DNA of 63,760 nt, filler included, from Octopus bimaculoides (Eukaryota): assembly GCF_001194135.2 (NCBI RefSeq). It is 6 parts of 5 records of this genome, joined end to end, with 100 filler letters (N's around TTAATTAATTAA, not from the genome) between each part and the next. Parts side by side here need not be neighbours in the genome. Positions count along the whole stretch, not along the records: positions 45,279 to 60,428 come from NC_068981.1; positions 60,529 to 62,443 come from NC_069010.1; positions 62,544 to 63,760 come from NC_068987.1; 3 more parts are not named here. One strand, 5' to 3'. The translations under genes and the position numbers were made by a program. Position 1 is the first letter of the stretch; each line of letters begins with the position of its first letter. The notes below the pieces were generated by a model. It saw only the letters and a list, made by a program, of their open reading frames with translations. It had not been told where the DNA came from and made no database searches. Below are positions 53,037-63,760 of the stretch, one piece after another.

Positions 53037-53081
<45 letters not shown>

Positions 53082-53217
53082 NNNNNNNNNNNNNNNNNNN
53101 NNNNNNNNNNNNNNNNNNNNNNNNNNNNNNNNNNNNNNNNNNNNNNNNNNNNNNNNNNNNNNNNNNNNNNNNNNNNNNNNNNNNNNNNNNNNNNNNNNNN
53201 NNNNNNNNNNNNNNNNN

Positions 53218-53250
<33 letters not shown>

Positions 53251-54637
53251 TGTAAGTCTCCTTACGGGCGCCATTTTTGTTTCTGCATGCATGTATGCTT
53301 GCTTGCTGGTATGTGAATATATTTATCTGTGTGTGTGTGTCCTATGACATGAGCAAACATACAAGCTAAGACATGCAAACAAATTTCTTAGTGCGCTTAC
53401 GCCTGATTTACAAGTGATGAGGTTCTGAAAAGATTTTATTAGACTGCAATCCATTGTAAGAAGTAACAAGATGATCAACTGTACGTTATCAAATGGTTGA
53501 TATCAGTTACACGCCTGATAGACACCACTAGCATACATACACAGGTGCGTGTGACGTGACGTTGGGTCGTGATTAAAGAAAACTTCTGTTTAATCCGGCC
53601 TGACATACCTAAGCCTTTCAATTGCTGTTATGTCGTGTTCATTACTTCAAAATTATACGGCTACATAGATGTGAATAGGGGGAGGGGGTGTATGTGTATG
53701 TATGTACATATAAACATACACACACATATATGCATGTATGTGTGTATATATATGTGTAAAGAGAGAAAGAGAGAGAGAGGGAGAGAGGGAGAGAGGGAAG
53801 GAGAGATATATATAGATACATAGTGAAACTTTAATACATATGTAATGTGTGTATAGTTGTGTGTGCGTATATGTGTGTGTGTGTTTGTGTATGTTTGTGT
53901 CTGTCTGTGAGTGTGTGTGTGTGTGTGTGTGTCTGTGTGTGTGTGTGTAGACAGTTATATAGTCAGATACATAGACAGAGAAACATTTGATAGGCATGTA
54001 TATACGTGTGTGTATATATATATATATANNNNNNNNNNNNNNNNNNNNNNNNNNNNNNNNNNNNNNNNNNNNNNNNNNNNNNNNNNNNNNNNNNNNNNNN
54101 NNNNNNNNNNNNNNNNNNNNNNNNNNNNNNNNNNNNNNNNNNNNNNNNNNNNNNNNNNNNNNNNNNNNNNNNNNNNNNNNNNNNNNNNNNNNNNNNNNNN
54201 NNNNNNNNNNNNNNNNNNNNNNNNNNNNNNNNNNNNNNNNNNNNNNNNNNNNNNNNNNNNNNNNNNNNNNNNNNNNNNNNNNNNNNNNNNNNNNNNNNNN
54301 NNNNNNNNNNNNNNNNNNNNNNNNNNNNNNNNNNNNNNNNNNNNNNNNNNNNNNNNNNNNNNNNNNNNNNNNNNNNNNNNNNNNNNNNNNNNNNNNNNNN
54401 NNNNNNNNNNNNNNNNNNNNNNNNNNNNNNNNNNNNNNNNNNNNNNNNNNNNNNNNNNNNNNNNNNNNNNNNNNNNNNNNNNNNNNNNNNNNNATACATA
54501 CATATATATACATAAAATAACACACACGCACACATCTATATATATAGATATATATATATATATATAGATAGATAGATTTATATACACACATGTATATCTG
54601 CATATACATACTTTAACACACATTTGCACATACACAC

Positions 54638-54668
<31 letters not shown>

Positions 54669-54889
54669 TGTATGCATGTACGTGCGGAGGTATGTATATC
54701 GGAGCATGGTTAAAATATTCTCTTCACAAACCAGTTTGTTTTGGTTTCAATCCAACTGTACATCTCGGGCAAATGTCTTCAACTATATTGGACCAAAGTT
54801 TTGTGAGCGAATTCGGGAGGTAGAAATTGCATGGAATCCCATCATCTGTTTATATATTTTCCTTCTCTCCAGATGTTTCTGTATGTGTG

Positions 54890-54906
54890 CGTGTGTGTGT
54901 GTGTTT

Positions 54907-54964
<58 letters not shown>

Positions 54965-55474
54965 NNNNNNNNNNNNNNNNNNNNNNNNNNNNNNNNNNNN
55001 NNNNNNNNNNNNNNNNNNNNNNNNNNNNNNNNNNNNNNNNNNNNNNNNNNNNNNNNNNNNNNNNNNNNNNNNNNNNNNNNNNNNNNNNNNNNNNNNNNNN
55101 NNNNNNNNNNNNNNNNNNNNNNNNNNNNNNNNNNNNNNNNNNNNNNNNNNNNNNNNNNNNNNNNNNNNNNNNNNNNNNNNNNNNNNNNNNNNNNNNNNNN
55201 NNNNNNNNNNNNNNNNNNNNNNNNNNNNNNNNNNNNNNNNNNNNNNNNNNNNNNNNNNNNNNNNNNNNNNNNNNNNNNNNNNNNNNNNNNNNNNNNNNNN
55301 NNNNNNNNNNNNNNNNNNNNNNNNNNNNNNNNNNNNNNNNNNNNNNNNNNNNNNNNNNNNNNNNNNNNNNNNNNNNNNNNNNNNNNNNNNNNNNNNNNNN
55401 NNNNNNNNNNNNNNNNNNNNNNNNNNNNNNNNNNNNNNNNNNNNNNNNNNNNNNNNNNNNNNNNNNNNNNNNNN

Positions 55475-55528
<54 letters not shown>
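54890..55528. repeat. (TG)n microsatellite spanning an N gap
   Basis: Direct reading. Confidence 0.9.
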
Positions 55529-55533
<5 letters not shown>

Positions 55534-55944
55534 TTGTTTATCTTTCTGTAAATTAGGGTTTCAGCAGAAAATATGACGGAAAGGTTGTAGGAGTCGATCT
55601 GACCAACTAAAATCCATCTAGACACTGCCAAAGAGGGACATAGTCTATTGACTGAACTAAATAAAAGCACGAGGGATATCTATGTGCATACACAGAGACA
55701 CATACACCGATGCTCACATACAGTTATTGATAAATGAATGTACAGAGATAGATATATTAAATGCATACATATATACATACATGCATGCATACATACATAC
55801 ATACATACATACATACATACATACATACATACATACACGCATATATACATACATACATTCATACATACATATATACGTACATACCGGCTCCATCCTCACT
55901 GGAAGATTTATCATAATTAAAATTAGAAGAGACATACATAAATA

Positions 55945-56372
55945 CATACATACATTATTGGAGCCCTGGGATATGTAACACACTGCTTAAATACCAATCT
56001 TGAGAAATTAGGCTTCTCAAAACCACGAAGGAGAAAGCTGATTCAAAGACTACAGATCCAATCTANNNNNNNNNNTTCTCAAAACCACGAAGGAGAAAGC
56101 TGATTCAAAGACTACAGATCCAATCCATCACTGAAACTGTAAAAATCTGTTAAACTTTTCAGGAATTTATCATTTTAGTATATATGAGTATATCTAGATA
56201 TGCATGAGAAGACATACATAAAACAAAACATATAAATCTACACATATACATGCATACATGCATACAAAAATACTCTGATGTTGATGTTGAAATTCCAATG
56301 AAGAAGCCTTGGATATAGGTTAGAAACCGGCTGTTTATTGGTTAACAGTTAGAAACCGGTTGTTTCTCTATT
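55945..56372 (+). mobile_element. RLE-type LINE 3' fragment (same lineage as 10800-11300), 5' junction in (CATA)n
   Basis: IIGALGYVTHCLNTNLEKLGFSKPRRRKLIQRLQIQSITETVKIC. The 3' UTR matches 11040-11240. Confidence 0.8.
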
Positions 56373-56653
56373 GGCTAACGATTCTGCCAGCTCGCTGCCT
56401 TACACACAGAAATAATAATGGATACATATTGATTGTAATAATGGAATAAGGAGATGTGCTTCTAGAAGAAACAGCTGGGATTTACCCTAACTACCCACCT
56501 ATATATATTAATGTGTTTGTGCGCGTGTGTACGTATGTATGTATGTATGTATATATGTACGTATGTATGTATGTATGTATGTATGTATGTATGTATGCAT
56601 GCATGCATGTATGTATGTATGTATGTATGTATGTATGTATGTATGCATATATA

Positions 56654-56740
56654 ATAATAATTGATGAAGGAAACGGAAGATAGATTTGGTATCAAAGTCT
56701 AGTACCAAATCTGTCTTTCGTTTCATTCATCAATTATTAT
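56654..56740 (+). ncRNA. Long near-perfect hairpin (pre-miRNA-like candidate)
   Basis: 37 pairs (2 G-U), 1 mismatch and an 11-nt loop, paired by hand. No expression evidence. Confidence 0.35.
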
Positions 56741-56926
56741 CATCTCAACTAACACTGCAGAATTCCTGAAGCAGATCCAGTAGAAATATACCCCAATCAT
56801 GGATGACACCAGGTAGCCCAAACTGTAAACGTGCTTTACTCAACAACTCACTAAGTAACATATGCCCATTAGTCCAAAAAGTTACATGTATATATAAATA
56901 TATATACACACACACACATACACATA

Positions 56927-58875
56927 CAGTAGAACTCCTCTAATTTGGACTTCATTTAAACACGGACTTTTTCATAACTCAAATTTTATTTGTATATTCG
57001 ATGATGAGTTGCAGTGAGAAAGTTTAAATAGTTTTAGTCAGGTATTGTACTGAAGTACTAATCTAGGTATTGTGTAATTGATGTAGATTAACTAATGATA
57101 ATTCCCACTGACTGTAAATTCTATTTCTTTTCAGACTACCTTATTGTATTGAAAATAGTGTAAAGTAACCCCCATCATTATAGCATATAATTCTTAAAGA
57201 AAACAAGTTACACTAACATCACTCGAAAAACGTCACATTCAAGAAAAGTTAGATACAGGAATTGCAAATAGTGATATATTGAAAGATTATAAGATTGGAA
57301 GGTATACACTGTCCTACATCAAACTGTTCTACATCAAAAAGTACAGGGAGGAAACATTGAATGCTGCTCCTCTTTCTGAGAATAAAAGAAGAAAAATCAA
57401 AAGAAGGACCCTTTATGGACCAAATCAAGTTGAATTCGATAAAATATTACATGAATGGTTTTTATCGAAGCGAAATGAAGGTATATCACTATCGGAACCA
57501 ATGCTAATTGCTAAAGCAAAGTCTCTTTAGAAAGAGTTGAATATCACAATAGATATGAAATTCAACCAAGGCTGGCTTACGAGTTTTAAACGTAGATGTG
57601 GCATACGGCAATTAATTTCAGGTGAATAACGTTCAGTTGATACGCTCTCAGCGTCAACATATTGTGGAAAATAGAAAAAAAAAAAAAAGACAATTGAGGA
57701 CTATGCTTTAACAGCAGATAATATTTACAATGCTGATGAAACTGGTATAAATTGAACGTGCTTACCCACAAAAATTTTAGTTGGATCAGAGGAGCAGAAA
57801 ATAAAAGGTTTGAAATTGAATAAAGAGAGACTTACAGTGATGGTATGTGCTAACGCTTCTGGAACTCACAAACTTAAGTTTCTTGTCATTGGTAAGTCTA
57901 AGTGTCCCCGAGCATAGAAAGGACTTTCACCTTAACCAGTATCATATTATACTTCAAAAAACGAATGGATGAATCAACACTTGTTCACAGAATGGTTCAT
58001 ACAAGAATTTGTGCCAACTGTACAAAAGCGCTCTCACAAATTAGGTAAATCTGATTCAAAGTGCCTACTGCTATTAGACAATTGTAGAGCACATCCTCAC
58101 GAAACAAAATTAGTGTCGTCATGCGGGAATGTTTTTGTGTGCTACTTACCACCGAATATGACATCTCTCATACAACCTATGGAACAAGAGATTACTTGGA
58201 ACTTAAAATGTTTCTACAGAAATGATTTCAGGATGAATATGATAAATAGCAATGTTAGTATAGGCGATTTCCAGCGCAATTTCACCATTAAAGATACCAT
58301 TTTTTTCCCTCGCAAGTACATAGAATCAGGTTCGAGCAGGCATATTAACAAAACCGTGGGGGAAATTATATCCAGTGTCTAGTGCTTCTAAAATGAAAGA
58401 AGCAGAGAATGAATCTGGAGTACAAAATATTCTTGAAACTACACGATTTCCAACCAAACATACTATTCTTCAATCACTTGATGGAAATGAAATTGAAATG
58501 TGGGTGCGACAAGATGAAGAAACAAATGAACAATGTCCTGAAGAAAATAATGATCATGGAATTAGCGACAGCGACAGCTCCCATTCGAGTGAGTCTAATG
58601 TAAATGGCCAAGAACACTCTAATGAGGAAATATCATGGGATAATACAAAAAAATCGATGGATATAGTGATAAAATTTCTCGAAAGAAATCCTTACTTTAG
58701 TGACAATTATGTTTTGCAAGCAATGTCACTTCGAAAGGATACGATCATAAAGCGACTACAACACTACGAAATAGTGGAGTTTCGTGACCGCTTGAGGAAT
58801 GCAATGGCAACCCACGTGAGCTCGACAAATGAAAACGGAAACGAAAGTGAAGAGGTTCATTCAATCAATGAATAA
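56927..58875 (+). mobile_element. Decayed Tigger/pogo-family DNA transposon (CENP-B HTH + DDE_1 + acidic tail)
   Basis: TA followed by a CAGTAGAACTCCTCTAAT TIR. WF..KRNEG..LS.PML..KA, FNQGWL..FKRRCGI, YNADETG, KERLTVMVCANASG, LLLDNCRAH, LPPNMTSLIQPMEQ. Several stops and frameshifts. Confidence 0.9.
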
Positions 58876-59082
58876 AAGTATTTTACATAGGTGATTGGTT
58901 GTTAAATGCAGTTAATTTATGTAATAAATACCTAACTACTAACATTATATAATATTAATTTATTTTCAATTTTTTTCCTTGCAGTATTTAACGATTCTTT
59001 AGAATATATAATGTACTCACCTTAATATATATATATATTAAATACTATCTATCTTTCTATCTATCTATCTATCTATCTATCT

Positions 59083-59240
59083 CTTTTTTTTTTTGATCCC
59101 TTTTCATCGAACTACCCCCTTTTCCTTCCTACGATCCCTTTTGATCGACCCCCCCTTTTTCCCTTCCCCTCCCAAAAAGAAAAGCTCTACATTGTATTTG
59201 TCCCATCTTCGTTGAGCCCTGTGTGGCTAATAAAAGAAAT
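59083..59240 (+). mobile_element. Short LINE-like 3' UTR fragment flanked by (TATC)n
   Basis: Ends GCCCTGTGTGGCTAATAAAAGAAA, like the terminus at 61544-61568. Confidence 0.45.
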
Positions 59241-59475
59241 GTATCTATCTGGCTATTTGTCTGTCTATCTAGCAAGCAAGTTAGCTAGCTATCTGCCTCT
59301 ATCTATCTCTTTCTATGTATGTATGTATGTAAGCACACGTGCAGATTTATATGCCTTGTTTTATGTATGTCTTCTCATGCATATACCTGCATATCTAGAT
59401 AGGCTCATATCTATCTATCGATCTATCTATCTATTTGTCTGTCGGTCTGTCTGTCTGTCTATCTATATATCTATT

Positions 59476-59530
<55 letters not shown>

Positions 59531-59954
59531 GTCTGTCTGTCTATCTATCTGTCCGCCTGTCTGTCTCTCTGTCCGCCTGCCTATATGTCTGTCTGTCTGT
59601 ATGTCTGTCTATCTATCTATCTACCGATCAATCGATCGATTGGTCGATCGAAATTTCTAGCTATGCTTTATCGAGCTATGCTTTATCTAGCTATGCTTGT
59701 GGTTGAACATCCTGCAGACACATGGATACCTTTGACGTCATTCTCAACTATAATCAGCGTGATACAATGTGACAAGGGTGGGCCTTTAAATTACAGGTGT
59801 ATTACATGAGTGATTGTGTGAGTATAAACACCCACATAAGTGCGCGCGTGTATAATAAGCATGACCGTAAACACATGTCTATACACACACATACACACAC
59901 ATATACATATACATATATATATATATACATACGTATATGTTTGTATACATACAG

Positions 59955-60078
59955 ACAGACATGCATTCATACCAACCTACCTACCTACCAACCAACCTAC
60001 CTACCTACCTACCTACCTACCTACCTACCTACCTACCTACCTACCTACCCACCTACATACATACATACATACATAGAT
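59955..60078. repeat. (CCTA)n/(CATA)n microsatellite
   Basis: Direct reading. Confidence 0.95.
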
Positions 60079-60428
60079 ACATATACGTTTATCTCTGCAC
60101 GTATGTATAATGCGTGTGAGTGTGTACGTGTGTAAGTGAACATATATATGTATGGGTGCGTGTATGTGCGAATGTGTTTACGAACTCTATGTAAAACGGT
60201 GTGGCTTAAAGGTGGTCAGGTTCAGGGTTGGAGAGAAACTAGCGTGGTGTGACCTATAATGTAACAGACCGAAGACCAGTGACACCGTCTCTTGTTGTCT
60301 GCTTAGGTTTTTGTCGGTGCTGGATCAAAGCATCTGACACCAGCAACGAGCACCTGCAAAGTATCATATTGTTTGGTCTACCTTCATCAAACTCTAACCA
60401 CCATGCGAGAATGAGTGTGAGGAAGAGG

Positions 60429-60528
60429 NNNNNNNNNNNNNNNNNNNNNNNNNNNNNNNNNNNNNNNNNNNNTTAATTAATTAANNNNNNNNNNNNNNNN
60501 NNNNNNNNNNNNNNNNNNNNNNNNNNNN
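60429..60528. other. Artificial scaffold linker
   Basis: 44 N + TTAATTAATTAA + 44 N. Confidence 0.95.
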
Positions 60529-60845
60529 TGCCCGTGACATGTGTAAGGATTTTCAAGCAAGAGCGTTGCCAGTGCCCCTGGACTGGCTCTTGTGCGGGTG
60601 GCACATAAAATACACCATTTTGAGCGTGGCCGTTGCCAGTACCGCCTGACTGGCCCTCGTGCGTGTGACACGTAAAAGCACCCACTACACTCTCGGAGTG
60701 GTTGGCGTTAGGAAGGGCATCCAGCTGTAGAAACTCTGCCAAATCAGATTGGAGCCTGGTGTTGCCATCTGGCTTCACCAGTCCTCAGTCAAATCGTCCA
60801 ACCCATACTAGCATGGAAAGCGGACGTTAAACGACGATGATGATC
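60529..60845 (+). mobile_element. SINE family 3, 3' portion (RTE-type tail)
   Basis: GGTTGGCGTTAGGAAGGGCATCCAGCTGTAGAAA central block and a CAACCCATACTAGCATGGAAAGCGGACGTTAAACGA(TGA)n terminus typical of RTE-related retroposons. Confidence 0.7.
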
Positions 60846-61048
60846 TCTCTCTCTCTCTCTCTCTAATTGTATGCTTTAAGAATTGAACTTCTTAGTCACA
60901 CAGCTATGTTCTTATTTAGCCTCATTTTGACCCTGGTCCAGCACAATGCTGTTCCCACCATGGCTGTTTCTCCTAACCCTAGTTCTTGTTGTTGTAGCTA
61001 TTGCTATTCTTTTATTCATTTATTTATTCATTTATTTATTTCTTTCAG

Positions 61049-61177
61049 GCCCAAGAGATGACTGGAATCGCTGTGCCCAAGTATTACAACCCAACTGCTG
61101 TAAATCCATTGAAATACGCTGAGCAAGTACAGAAGAGGAAATTACTGTGGTCCCGCACACCTAAAGACAAGGAGAAG
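61049..61177 (+). CDS. RSRC2: Internal coding exon of arginine/serine-rich coiled-coil protein 2-like gene
   Basis: TTTCAG acceptor and AAG/GTGAGT donor. The 129 nt encode AQEMTGIAVPKYYNPTAVNPLKYAEQVQKRKLLWSRTPKDKEK, matching the recalled RSRC2 motif TGIAVPSYYNPAAVNPMKFAEQEKKRKMLW. Confidence 0.85.
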
Positions 61178-61299
61178 GTGAGTAATCCCTGCTTACACTG
61201 GTATGGGGCGACGAAACTCTGATTTTGTGAGATGGGGGTCATGTTTTGACTCATCAGATGGGACTAGTTTTATTATCATTAGGACAGTTTTCCATGCCT

Positions 61300-61570
61300 T
61301 GCGGATGGCAGAGTAATACGGGATTTTTGTGTGGGGTTTACCTCGGATTACCCTGAGTGGATTGCCCCACTGTTAGGGATTCTATTTATTTATTTATTTC
61401 TCTAGTTTCCATTATGTACCCTCCGTTATATCTCTTAACGTGGTAGTGTCTCCCTTTGATTGATGTAAACCCCTCACCTGTTTTTAGTTTCGTTTTGTTT
61501 TGTGTGCATTAACCTCTCCTTCGGTATTGTCCTCCATGTCTTAGGCCCCTGTGGCCAATAAAAGAAACCA
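61300..61570 (+). mobile_element. LINE-like 3' UTR fragment with a (CAT)n tail
   Basis: Ends GCCCCTGTGGCCAATAAAAGAAAC followed by (CAT)n. Confidence 0.4.
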
Positions 61571-61594
61571 TCATCATCATCATCATCATCATTA

Positions 61595-61892
61595 CTATTA
61601 TTTTACTTCTCAGAGGTCTTGGTCTTACTTGTTCTGGTTGGTTCTGCGAGAGCGGACAGCAACCTGTTGTCAGAGGTCTCACAGGGTCCCTTTCTGCAAA
61701 TTATAAGACTTGGTTACTCGGATGTTAACTATCATAGAAGACACTCAACACCCAGTCACCAATCTCAAAATCCTAGCTGTCCCCAATAGAGCAGATTTTC
61801 AGGGCCTCTTCTGCCCTCATGTCAATTCCAATTTCTCCTACATATTTCTTTAACTTGATTCTTAGTGCTCCGAGTATCCCTACAACTACTGG
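61595..61892 (-). mobile_element. R4/Dong-like LINE, 5'-truncated 3' end
   Basis: After (AAT)n: VIPVVVGILGALRIKLKKYVGEIGID...ALLGTARILRLV, then a 3' UTR and a (AAT/GAT)n tail. Confidence 0.8.
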
Positions 61893-61898
61893 GATAAC

Positions 61899-61957
<59 letters not shown>

Positions 61958-61982
61958 TTTTTATTATTGTTGTTATTAAATT

Positions 61983-62165
61983 AAGGTGGTGAGCTGGCAG
62001 AATCGTTAGCATGCCGGGCAAAATGCTTAGCGGCATTTCGTCTTTATGTTCCGAGTTCAAATCCTGCTGAGGTCTACTTTGCTTTTCATCCTTCTGGGAT
62101 TGATAAATCAAGTACCAGTGAAACACTGGGGGTTGATGTAATCGACACATCTCCTCCCCAAAATT
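61983..62165 (+). mobile_element. SINE family 2
   Basis: GGTGGTGAGCTGGCAGAATCGTTAGC head, GAGTTCAAATCC B box and core. Confidence 0.88.
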
Positions 62166-62240
62166 GGATCATTAAGGCAGAATGCCATTCGCAAAATGGC
62201 TACAAGATAATGCATGATTAATTCAAAACAGTGTGATTTA

Positions 62241-62443
62241 GGCGCAGGAGTGGCTGTGTGGTAAGTAGCTTGCTTACCAACCACATGGTTCCGGGTTCAG
62301 TCCCACTGCGTGGCACCTTGGGCAAGTGTCTTTTACTATAGCCTCAGGCCGACCAAAGCCTTGTGAGTGGATTTGGTAGACGGAAACTGAAAGAAGCCCG
62401 TCGTATATATGTATAAATATATATATGTGTGTGTGTATGTTTG
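62241..62443 (+). mobile_element. SINE family 1, 5' half (cut by the linker)
   Basis: A box TGGCTGTGTGG (62251), B box GGGTTCAGTCC (62293) and a CCTTGGGCAAGT CORE-like motif. Confidence 0.92.
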
Positions 62444-62543
62444 NNNNNNNNNNNNNNNNNNNNNNNNNNNNNNNNNNNNNNNNNNNNTTAATTAATTAAN
62501 NNNNNNNNNNNNNNNNNNNNNNNNNNNNNNNNNNNNNNNNNNN
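62444..62543. other. Artificial scaffold linker
   Basis: 44 N + TTAATTAATTAA + 44 N. Confidence 0.95.
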
Positions 62544-63072
62544 GAAGAGGAGGTGGTGGGGGAAAAGTTCTTTCTAAGACAGGAGAGTGAAAAAGGGAGG
62601 TGAATATCTGTGCGTGCGTGAGTCTGCGAGTGTGTGTGTGATAACAGAACGTGTGTGTGCGTATGTATGTGCGTGTGTGTGTGTGCATGGTTTAGTGATT
62701 TATCTGTTGGTGTGTATGTGTGTTTGTGTGTGTGTGTGTGTGTGACGTAGTAGAAGGAATTAGTAGCAGGAATAGTGAGTGGGTGCTTATGGACAATGGT
62801 TAGTGAAGGGTCAGCAGGCAGTTTTTGAGTATGTGTGTGTTCGTGTGTGTGTTTGTGTGGGGTTGTAGGTGTTGGGTACGTGTGCGTGTGTGTGTGAGTA
62901 TTTTGTACGTGCGCGTTTGTGTATGTGTATGTTTTTGTGCGTGCGTGTGTGTTTGTGTGTATGTGTATGTTGTGTATATGTGCGTTGCTGTGTACGTGTG
63001 TGTGCGTGCGTTTGCTATTGTATGTGCGTGTGTTGTTTATGCCCAAGTGTGTGTGATTGTATATATATATAT

Positions 63073-63079
63073 ATTATTA

Positions 63080-63152
<73 letters not shown>

Positions 63153-63160
63153 CATCATCA

Positions 63161-63225
<65 letters not shown>

Positions 63226-63226
63226 G
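63073..63226. repeat. Long (ATT)n microsatellite with an (ATC)n interruption
   Basis: Direct reading. Confidence 0.97.
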
Positions 63227-63535
63227 ACTGAGACAGCAGTGCATGCCATCACAGTGGCACTGGGGTAAAATATACGAAGCCCATTATTCTCATCATGATT
63301 ACCTGTCTGATACGGTTACGTCAGGCACATGCATCACAACCATATGTGCGCAACATGGTGATCTCATATCAAGATGAATAGTGCATGACTTTGCAGGTGG
63401 GACCCAATTGGAATTTTCTTCAGCTCAAGTAGCCCATTCCGCTCAAAAGGTCCCTGAATAAGAGTTGTTTAAGGGTATTGAACGAAGCACCCATGTTTCC
63501 AAAGTGAATTATCCAAAATCCAAAGAATTCCTCTC
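63227..63535 (-). mobile_element. Element C, 5'-truncated copy
   Basis: Homologous to 25618-25925. Confidence 0.82.
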
Positions 63536-63559
63536 TGTTATTATTATTATTATTATTAT

Positions 63560-63752
63560 TATTTTATGTTTGACTTTTGTTTTGCATTTGTACAAGTTGG
63601 ATCCAAGTCTCACCCAGAGACCTCAAGAGACAACAAGTTAGAAGTTCATGTAGGTGTTATGCCTAGGGTACCATATATTTGGATTTGTACAGTTTTGTTC
63701 AAGTGAATGTTTAAGAAACCATAAGAAAATTATGTGTTTGCTTTAAAATTTG
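63560..63752 (-). mobile_element. Element B 3' end
   Basis: Nearly identical to 19385-19585. Confidence 0.82.
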
Positions 63753-63760
63753 AGATCACA

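Noticed and set aside
56014-56127. About 50-bp tandem duplication inside the RLE fragment
   Set aside because: Same 10-N gap overlap artefact.
59625-59700. 22-bp GATC-rich palindrome plus a 15-bp triplication
   Set aside because: It arises within degenerate (ATCT/ATCG)n microsatellite, explained by slippage.
60244-60428. GC-richer stretch before the linker as a LINE or gene fragment
   Set aside because: No recognisable motif in any of the six frames.
62251-62303. tRNA gene from A/B boxes
   Set aside because: The boxes belong to multicopy SINE heads and no full cloverleaf forms. No true tRNA, rRNA or CRISPR array was seen in the window.

Overview
AT-rich, gap-riddled animal genomic DNA, most likely octopus (inferred from its tRNA-headed SINE families and extreme microsatellite load). 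It is not one locus: five artificial 100-bp linkers (44 N + TTAATTAATTAA + 44 N) join six segments (1-20403, 20504-32398, 32499-45178, 45279-60428, 60529-62443, 62544-63760), so adjacency across linkers should not be trusted. The only recognisable host coding sequence is one 129-nt RSRC2-like exon (61049-61177). A badly decayed NACHT/NLR-like frame may lie at about 27.9-31.4 kb. The rest is microsatellites and mobile DNA: at least four SINE families, R4/Dong-type RLE LINE fragments, an RTE 3' end, mariner/pogo relics, and a 12.7-kb segment that is almost entirely a nest of Helitron, CsRn1-like Gypsy and Penelope-like pieces. The best leads are: (1) head-to-tail Helitron units whose spacer holds splice sites that join the helicase C-terminus, a 73-nt exon and the next Rep in frame; (2) RLE LINE lineages apparently targeting (CATA)n, next to the known (TAA)n-targeting type; (3) three degenerate hammerhead-like motifs; (4) an 87-nt pre-miRNA-like hairpin; (5) a roughly 500-bp repeat that punctuates the TE nest. 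All calls come from manual reading and recalled family motifs; no searches were run.
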